Below, piece after piece: positions 52,033-60,966 of a stretch of DNA of 64,000 nucleotides. The translations under genes and the position numbers were made by a program. The first letter of the stretch is position 1. Each line of letters begins with the position of its first letter. The DNA lies in the NCBI GenBank assembly GCA_002104945.1, contig MCFH01000013.1:1-64000 (forward strand), in the 5' to 3' direction. The stretch comes from Piromyces finnis finn (taxonomy: Eukaryota > Fungi > Neocallimastigomycota). The notes under the pieces are model-generated. The model saw nothing but the letters and a program-made list of their open reading frames with translations. It had not been told where the DNA came from and searched no databases.

Positions 52033-55000
52033 TTAATTATATGCTATAGAAGCATAATGACGTCCACTTTTTAAATATTTTTGATAAATGAATTGGTTGC
52101 GTGGATTGTCTTCTACTTCACTTGCTGGTACCCAATTGTAAGTAGGGCGGTACTTATATCGAATTTTATATTCATATCGTTGTTGTTTATAATTGGTACG
52201 GAATCCAGATATTTCCACTATATCTTTTATTGATTCTGGATCCGCAGTTCTATTTAAAAATTCTTTTGGAGTTGGTTTATAAGGTTCTAACTCAGATACA
52301 TGAAATATTGGATAGTGTTTGGGGAAAGGTGATTTTTTGATATCAATTTCATAATTGTTATTTCTTAAAACTTGTGTTATTTTATATGGACCATATTTGC
52401 AAGGAGCTAATTTGGAACTATTTTCAATATTTAAAGAAGGTGGGGCTTGAATCCAAACTAGATCATCAATTTTAAATTTTGGAGCTTCTAAACAACTTTT
52501 ATCCACTCTTCTTTTATACAATTCTTTGGAACGTAGTAACACTTCTTTTATGTGGTTGAATGCATCATTAACGTTTTGAACTAGTTTATGATTAATATTA
52601 CATTGTGGTAATAGGGTCATTTCATCCATCGGAGGATGAAAACCATAATTAATGAAGAATGGTGTTTCTTTGGTTGATTCATTAACAGCATTGTTATAAG
52701 CGAATTCTGCAAGTGGAAGCCAGTCAACCCAATTGTCATGATAAAAAGACTTGGAATAACATCTAAGATACTGTTCAATAAAAGAATTTGACCTCTCGAC
52801 CTGTCCAACAGTTTCATGATGGTCAGTAGTAGCTATTCTTGGATGAATATATAATAAATCCAAAAATTCGAGCCAAACATCACTTGTGAATTGTGAGCCT
52901 CTATCAGTATATAAGTCATAAGGGAGACCATGTAGACGATATACATTGTTTAAAAAAGCTTTAGCAGTTTGTGCTGCATTTGGAACTTGTTTAAACGGAA
53001 CTAGGTGAATCATTTTGGAAAAGCGGTCAACCACTACCATAATAACGGTGTATCCTTTAGACTCAGGAAGGCCACAAAGAAAGTCAATTTCTATAGATTT
53101 CCATGGACGTTCTGGAGTATCTAAGGGTTGTAATTTTCCATACTTACGATGTCTAGTTACTTTATTTCTTGCGCATGTTTCACAAGAATTAACAAATTTA
53201 GTGACATCATCCTTCATTTTAGGCCACCAAAAATTTCGAGTTATCAATTCTAAAGTTCTTTTTATACCGAGATGTCCAGCAGAGGGTTGTTCATGATATT
53301 TCATAAGAACATCTAAACGTAGTTTTTCAGGAATATAAACTAAGTTGTTATATAGAATAAGATTATTTTTTAATTCAAACTTGTTCATTTTCCTAAATGG
53401 TTTATAAGCTTTTTGGTCATTATATGGGCTGAAATATAACATAATATCCTTAGCGGTTTCATCATTCTTTAAGTATTGAATAACTTGTTCCAAGAAGTTA
53501 CTCATAATACCTATGAAGCTTGGTATGAGTTTTACATTTTTTGAGTCTAAAATAAATTCTGGCTTTACTTCATAAGTCTTATCCATGTAATCAGGTCTGC
53601 GAGATAGACTATCAGGTTTACCATTCTTACGACCTTGTCTGTATATAAGTTCAAAATCGTATTCTTGAAAGAAAAGGTGCCAGCGATGTTGTCTTTGATT
53701 ACCTACCTTTCCTCCAAGAGTATAAAGTAAGTTTCTATGATCAGTGTAAACTTTTATTTTGTACTTAGCACCAAGAAGAAGGTGCCTCCAAGTAGAGAAA
53801 GAATCCTTAATGGCTAATAATTCTTTATCTGTTATAGAATAGTTAACTTCAGAACTACTGAGACTTCTGGAATAGTAAGCAACAGGATGTAAACAATTTT
53901 CTGAATCATATTGAGATAGTATAGAACCAATAGCAACATTACTTGCATCACATTCTAAAATATATTGTTTTTGAGGATCAGGATGTGATAAAATAGGTGC
54001 GGAAGTTAAACGAGTTTTTAAAATGTTAAATGAGGATTCACATTCTGTAGACCACTTGAACTTTGCATTCTTTTTTGTTAAGTTGTGGAGGGGTTTAGCC
54101 AAGTCTGCAAAATTCATTACAAAGCGTCTATAATAGTTACAAAGACCTAAAAATCTTTGTACATTCTTAACTGTGGTAGGAGTAGGCCAATTTTTGATTG
54201 ATTCTATCTTTTTTGGGTCGGTAGCAATTCCTGAACCTGAAATAACATACCCTAAGAATTCAACTTGTGGTTTGTCGAATTCACATTTAGGAAGCTTAGC
54301 GTATAGATTATTTTCTAATAATTTTGAAAGAACTTCACGTACATGTTGGTGGTGTTCTTCTAAGGTTTTTGAAAATATAAGAATATCATCCAAATAGAGA
54401 ATAACAGATTTTTCTAAGAAAGGTCTGAGAACAGAATTTGTAAATGCCTGGAAAGTAGCAGGAGCATTACGTAAACCAAATGGCATCACTAAATATTCAT
54501 AGTGACCAAATTACCAAATTTTGTGCGAAAAGCAGTTTTATATTCGTCACCATTTCTTATTCTAACTAAATTATAAGCAGAGCGTAAGTCGAGCTTGGTG
54601 AAATAATTTGCACCTTTGACACGTTCTATAATGTCGGTAATAAGCGGTATTGGGTAGGAATTACGTATCGTTACAGAATTGAGTTTTTTATAATCAATAC
54701 AAACTCTAAGAGTACCATCTTTCTTTTTCTGGAACACCACTGGATATCCTGCGGGTGATTCGGATGGTCTAATAAAGCCTTTTTCTAAATTTTCCTTGAT
54801 ATACTCTTCTAAAACTTTTGATTCTTCTTCTGATAAAGGATAGATGGGACCATAATGAAGAGTAGCATCTTTTTCTAGTACTATTTTGCAATCTGTAATT
54901 CTATGTGACGGTAGTTTATCAGCTTCTTGTTTGCTGAAAACTTTTGCCAAATCTCGATAGGGTTCTGGAATATCCTCAATAGTATGTTCTTCTAAATTGC

Positions 55001-55850
55001 TTACTTTTTCTGGTTTTTCGGACAAAAAAGTATGAATTAAATAATTATAATTATATCCATCATAATTATTTTTATTTAATATAACTTTTTTAGAAAATTT
55101 GGAACGTTTAGATTTGAATTTGTGGAATCGACCATTTTTCTTCTTCTTAAAGGTTTTGGATCTGAAATTAAAATTATGAATTTTATTTTTTAAATTATAA
55201 AAAGTAGCGGAATATTTTTTATCATTATTTGCACCTGTAGAAGTGGTAGGTGTAGTATTCTTATCATTTCTATTATAAGAAATGAATTTTTCTAAATTTA
55301 AAAACTTAGTAGCATGCTTCATATTGAATTTCTTTTTGTTAAAATCATATTTTAAATTTGAATATAAATATTTTTTATTATAATTATAATGAATTTCATA
55401 TTTGGACATGAATATATTTCCAAATAATAAATCTGTCGGAATATAATCCGCTAGTAAAAATTTTTCTTTGAAATTGATGAAATGAAATTTATTGTTGATA
55501 AATAGTTTTAACTGGAAGTTTAGGTTGATATATTCATCAAGTTCAATTGAAGTACCACTGATACCTTGTACAGTGATAACATTATTCATTTTATGAGGAT
55601 GTAATTGTAATGTACGTAATAGTTTGTACGACATAAAATTACAATAAGATCCACTATCTAATAGTGATGTACATATAGTTTTATTATGTATTTTATTTGT
55701 TCCTCCATTATTGGATAATATATATGTATTAAAAGTAAAGAATGTTGAAGGTAACGTATTATCTTTATTGATAGTGGGAAAAGTGTAGTTTAATATTTTT
55801 ATATTCGAGTGGTGATGGGACTTCAATGGAAGTCCTTTATTTAGTTTTTT
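52033..55850 (-). pseudogene. pol: Element F pol (PR, RT, RNase H, IN, chromodomain-like), frameshifted by an 8-bp duplication
   Basis: LLDSGS, YLDD, CDAS, HHCC, TDRG. ACCAAATT is duplicated at 54505-54520, splitting ORFs 54489-55826 and 52033-54489. Confidence 0.93.
55818..55850 (-). promoter_or_regulatory. Putative -1 ribosomal frameshift signal (A AAA AAC plus 7-bp stem-loop) of element F
   Basis: Gag ends TCA AAA AAC TAA, then an 8-nt spacer and GGACTTC-CATT-GAAGTCC. The -1 frame is closed by TAG just upstream and open into the protease downstream. Confidence 0.82.
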
Positions 55851-56872
55851 GAACTAATTTTTTGAGCCTTATAATTGTTGTTATAGTAATTATTATTATG
55901 TTTTTGGAAGTTATTGCTATTGTTATTGTTATTGTTATTGTTGTTGTATGGTCTGTGGTGGTTGAAATGTGAATTTCTTTTCTTATTAGATTTGGAACTG
56001 GAAGACTGGGTAATCTTATTCTTTGTAGAAAGAGAACTTTCAATCAAAATACATCTAGTTATAATGGACTCCATAGTGGTTGGAAATACCTCCATCTTTT
56101 CAATTTCTTCCTGATATTTTGGATGTAACCCATTGTAAAAGATTAAAGATAATGCTTCTTCATTCCATTTAAATTGTTGTGAAAGAGAGCGGAATTCCTC
56201 GATATAATCATTTATTTTACCATATTGTTGTTTTAAACGCATTATTTTGATTTTAGCTATCTTGTAACTAGCAACATTTGAGAAAGCAATTCTTAGTCCA
56301 TCCAACAATTCTTGCATGGTAGATGGATAAATATTATCCTTGTACTTGGCAAGATACCAATTTCTAGCAGCATCACGAAGACGGGATTGTACAAAATTAA
56401 TTTTTGTTTCTTCTGGTAAAGTTCGATTTGGTAGAGTTTTAAAAGTATCTTCACATAATTGACAAAATAGATCGGTCTCACTAGTCTTACCGGAAAACAT
56501 ACCTGGATCTGGGACTTGAGTAATTGGGGTAGCAAAACGACCTCTCATGATAACATCATGATCTAAGTCAAATCTTGTTGAAGTAGATTCATCATCTCTA
56601 AAGGCAGTAGGTCTTGGAGTAGCTATCCTATCATAGTTGGTATGTAACAATGGATGTTCATCTTCATTCTGAGTAACTTGACTATTATTCATACTGGTTA
56701 ATACTCCCATGATTTCATTTAAACGATTGTTCACATCATTGGAAAAATTTTGAAAATCTTCACGGAAAACCAAATTTTCATTGATACCCTCAATGATATC
56801 TTTGGCAGTCTGAGTAGCATCCTCTCTAAGTTGGTTTACCTCGTCTGGGAAGTTAGAAACTGGAGTGAACAT
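55841..56872 (-). CDS. gag: Element F gag
   Basis: 343-aa ORF with retrotransposon-gag-like motifs (PGMFSG, RLRDAARNWY, IFYNGL). It starts 25 nt after the PBS. Confidence 0.9.
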   Translation of the reverse strand: MFTPVSNFPDEVNQLREDATQTAKDIIEGINENLVFREDFQNFSNDVNNRLNEIMGVLTSMNNSQVTQNEDEHPLLHTNYDRIATPRPTAFRDDESTSTRFDLDHDVIMRGRFATPITQVPDPGMFSGKTSETDLFCQLCEDTFKTLPNRTLPEETKINFVQSRLRDAARNWYLAKYKDNIYPSTMQELLDGLRIAFSNVASYKIAKIKIMRLKQQYGKINDYIEEFRSLSQQFKWNEEALSLIFYNGLHPKYQEEIEKMEVFPTTMESIITRCILIESSLSTKNKITQSSSSKSNKKRNSHFNHHRPYNNNNNNNNNSNNFQKHNNNYYNNNYKAQKISSKN

Positions 56873-56896
56873 TCTAAAGTAGCCACTAAACAGCGG

Positions 56897-56907
56897 GTAA
56901 AGATTAT
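56897..56907 (-). promoter_or_regulatory. Self-complementary PBS of element F (ATAATCTTTAC)
   Basis: Directly follows the 5' LTR and is the exact complement of the LTR-internal site at 57133-57143. Confidence 0.85.
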
Positions 56908-57937
56908 TGTTAAGTTTTTGGATTTGGTTATGCGGCCAGGTCAGAATGTTAGCAATTATATAGTAAATATGTTTTTAAGAAATTAAATTTAAATATAAAA
57001 TAACCCTTTAAACTTCCAAATGAGAAATTAATATTTATTCTTTAGAATAACTTTTTTATAAAATTTTATTTATTTATTAATAATAATATAAATGATAATA
57101 TATTTAATAACTATATAATTAAAATTATAACTATAATCTTTACAAAGAATTAAAATCAAATTCAATTCATTCTATTTTATATTCTTTGTTCAGATTATTA
57201 AATTGATAAAAATAAAGTATTACATGTAATATGTTAATAATATAATTAAATAAGTAATAAGATTGTTTGTTTGTTTGTTTGTTTGTTTGTTTGTTTTGTC
57301 ATGACATAAAATAAAATAAACATATGATTAATCATTTAAACACTTGATCCATTAACCTATTTTATAATAATTAAAATTATTTAATTTATTTAATTTATAA
57401 ATGTTAACTGTTACACCTAAATGGTTTAGTTCTATTTTTAGTAACAGTCACTATCATTAATTAAATTAATATAATTAGAATTTCTATTGATATCTTTTTA
57501 ATTTTCGTCAAGTCATAAGAAATGTCTATGATCCATACTTGATATCATATTAATTTTAATTTACTTATTAAAATCTTTAAATGATCATATCTTCCTTAGA
57601 TAACCAGTTAGAAGGACCGCGATTGTACCAAAATATAGCTTTTCCCTTAAGCTTTCTAATAAACTTGGTTTCACAACCGTAATACTTACAGCCGTAGCAC
57701 TCGTTTTTGGCGAGTTATGCGTAGTTTCGTATTTGTTTATTTTTGGCTAAGGGTTATAGTGTATTGATATTAAATTTTTTGAAATCATAACCCTTTCACT
57801 GAACCAAAATTTAAAAGGTGACTTTTAAAGGTGTTTTAAAATAATTATTGGGATTATTTAATTCTAATTATTATGTTTAATTAATTATAGATATTATCTG
57901 AATTTGTTTTAAATCCAGTTAATATCTTCACATCGTG

Positions 57938-59066
57938 TGTAAAAGTTTTACTAAACTTATAATTTAATATTAAAATATTAAATTAAATAAAAGGTTAAAA
58001 GATAACTAGGTTAGAAAAAAAATGTTTTATTAAAATAATCTTAATTGATTTATAAATGAATAATTAAATTATATATTATGGTTAAAATAATTTCTTTTAT
58101 TTTATTTAATGATATATTGCTAAAATATATAATAATAAGATTATTTAGTAGTAATACTCATTAAGTATTAATTATTATTAATAGTTAATAATTTATAGTT
58201 AATAATCTTTAGTTAATAATTTATAGTTAATAATTTAATAATTTATGGTTAATAATTTTTGGTTAATAATCTTTACAAAGATTTTAATTTCATAAACTAT
58301 TCTAAACTATTTATACTATTTGTAATTTTACATTTAATAATAAAATAACTTTTCAATACATGATTATATTCATAATATATTTTATAATACTTAAACTAAA
58401 CTTAAGACTTATTCCTAATTATTAAAAAATAACTATTGTTTATAATATTCATAATATTAATTATTTCTTGATTATAATATAATTCATTGAATATAATATT
58501 AATAATTATAATCCTCTAGTTCAAAGATTATAAATTATGTTATTGAAATAATTATTATAAAATAAAGTTAATTAGTTCCGGAAAATAATTTTAGTTTAAT
58601 TAAACAATAATTTTTATACTTTGAGTGAATGATTTATGTTTGATATATCAGGGGTGATCATTCTCTGAATAAACAATTAATCATTGCTAACAAAATATCT
58701 TTAAATTGGAATATCTCGTGAACCAGCAGAGATATTGACCTGATTTTAAGATATGTTGTTTGTCTCGAGCGTGGCTTCCTAACGAACGTAATTATAACCA
58801 AAACATTTTTATTCAAAAATCGTCATTCGTTGAGGAGATACGCGTGTTTTTCCTTATTCCATTTTAACGATAAGGGTTAAAGTTATTTATTATAAAAATT
58901 ATTAAGGGTTAAGGTCATATTTTAACCTTTTCTAAATTTTTAAATATTTCTTAATAAAATTTTATAATTTATTTGAAAATAAAATATTTGTTGATTTTGA
59001 AATTTCATAAGTGATTTCACAATTCCAAGTGATCTTGAAATTGTATTTTCACTAGTATTCGTGACA
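57938..59066 (-). repeat. Solo LTR, family G
   Basis: TGT...ACA termini, flanks TCGTG and TTGTG, homologous to 40907-41716. Orientation is inferred. Confidence 0.72.
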
Positions 59067-59071
59067 TTGTG

Positions 59072-60207
59072 TGTTAAGTTTTTGGGTTTGGTTATGCGGC
59101 CAGGTCAGAATGTTATTAATTATATAGTAAAAATGTTTTTTAAGAAATTAAATTTAATTATAAAGTAACACCTTAAACTCCCAAATGAAAAATGAAAAAT
59201 TTATATTTACTTTAAAATAACTTTTTATAAATTTTTTATTTATTTAATAATAATAATATAAATGATATTATAAGTAACTATATAATTAAGATTATAACTA
59301 TAATCTTTACAAAGAATTAAAATCGAATTCAATTCATTCTCTTTTATATTCTTTGTTCAGATTATTAAATTGATATTAATAAGAATAAAGTATTACATGT
59401 AATATATTAGTAATATAATTAAATAAGTAATAAGATTGTTTGTTTGTTTGTTTGTTTGTTTGTCATGACATAAAATAAAATAAACATATGATTAATCATT
59501 TAAACAGTTGATCCTAATTAGTAATTATAAAAACTATTCAATTAATAATTCATCATTATTAATTGATATTACCATAACATATTTGTTATAATTAAATAAT
59601 TATTATTTGCAAAATTATTTCTAATAAAACTTGCCGTTAACCTATTTTATAATAATTAAGATTATTTAATTTATAGGTGTTAACTGTTACACCTAAATGG
59701 GTCTAGTTCTATTTTTAGTAACAATCGTTATCATTAATTAAATTAATATAACTAAAATTCCTATTGATATATTTTTAATTTCATCAAGTCATAAGAAATA
59801 TTTATGATCCATACTTGATATCATATTAATTTTAATTTACCTAATAAAATCTTTAAATGATCATAACTTCCTTAAATGATCAGTTAGAAGGACCGCGATT
59901 GTACCAAATTGTAGCTTTCTTCCTAAGCTTTCCAATAAACCTAGTTTCATCACCGTAGTACTTATAGCCGTAGCGATCGTTTTTGGCGAGTTACACCTTA
60001 TTTCGTACTTGCTTATTTTTGGTTAAGGGTTATAGTATATTGATATTAAATTTTTGAAATCATAACCCTTTCACTGAATCAAAATTTAAAAGGTGACTTT
60101 TAAAAGTGTTTTAAAATAATTATTGAAATTATTTAATTATAATTATTATGTTTAATTAATTATAGATATTATCTGAATTTGTTTTAAATCCAGTTAATAT
60201 CTTCACA
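59072..60207 (-). repeat. Solo D-family LTR with 5-bp TSD TTGTG
   Basis: Homologous to the F LTRs, with ~120 bp extra near 59510-59635. TTGTG at 59067-59071 and 60208-60212. (TTTG)n microsatellite inside. Confidence 0.92.
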
Positions 60208-60258
60208 TTGTGTTTATTCAGCTAGTTTTTATTATGTTTTTATGGGAGTAGCGTATCA
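60208..60258 (-). repeat. Terminal remnant of an older A-family LTR
   Basis: TTGTGTTTATTCAGCTAGTTTTTATTATGTTTTTATGGGAGTAGCGTATCA matches 9635-9685 with four substitutions. Confidence 0.85.
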
Positions 60259-60885
60259 AAAAATAATGTCACAATAACATATATAAAAATTTAAAAAATT
60301 TGGACACATGGAAAAAATTAAAAATTTTTTCAAAATTTGAAAATTTGAAAATTTGAAAAAATTTATTTTTTAAATTTTTATTAAAAAATTTCAAAGTATA
60401 AAATTTCTAATATTTGAAATTATTAAATTTTTTAAAATTATTAAAATTTTATTATTAAAAATTTTATTTTAAATTTATTAACTATTTACAATAATTATAT
60501 TAATTATTAATTTATAAAAATTAAATATTTTATAATTAGATAATAATTAATTAAAATTAAAAAATGTAATAATTAAAATTGTTCATGTATAAAAAGAACA
60601 AAAATTGACAAAAATTACGAAGCTTTAGCGTTAGTAATTTTTTAACTTAAAGTTAATAAAATTTATAAACTTCTATAAAACCTAAAACTTTAAAAATTTT
60701 AATATTTTTAATAACTTAATATATGCTGATATTAAGTTATTGCTAAAATAAAAATATTATTTAATTTTCTTTATATAAATATTATTAGCTTTACGCCTTC
60801 AATAGGAAAGCGTATTATATTTGTTAATTAATATAACTAGTGTGCTTACCACACTTTTCTTTAATAAAAAAATCGCTTTTTGACA

Positions 60886-60896
60886 TTACTAACGCT
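60886..60896 (+). promoter_or_regulatory. Self-complementary PBS of element L (TTACTAACGCT)
   Basis: Exact reverse complement of AGCGTTAGTAA at 60627-60637 in the same LTR. Confidence 0.85.
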
Positions 60897-60966
60897 TATT
60901 ATAAAAGTGCGCTAAGCACCAATTAGTTAGTAATTATTAATAACTAAATATAATAATTAAAGTTTA

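Larger units (their letters stand above)
44381..57932 (-). mobile_element. Chromovirus-like Ty3/Gypsy element F, interrupted by E in its 3' LTR
   Basis: D-family LTRs at 44381-45391 plus 51633-51637, and at 56908-57932. PPT AGGGAGGGCGT at ~51638-51648. gag, PR, RT, RH and IN present. No TSD (TAATA vs TCGTG). Confidence 0.92.
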
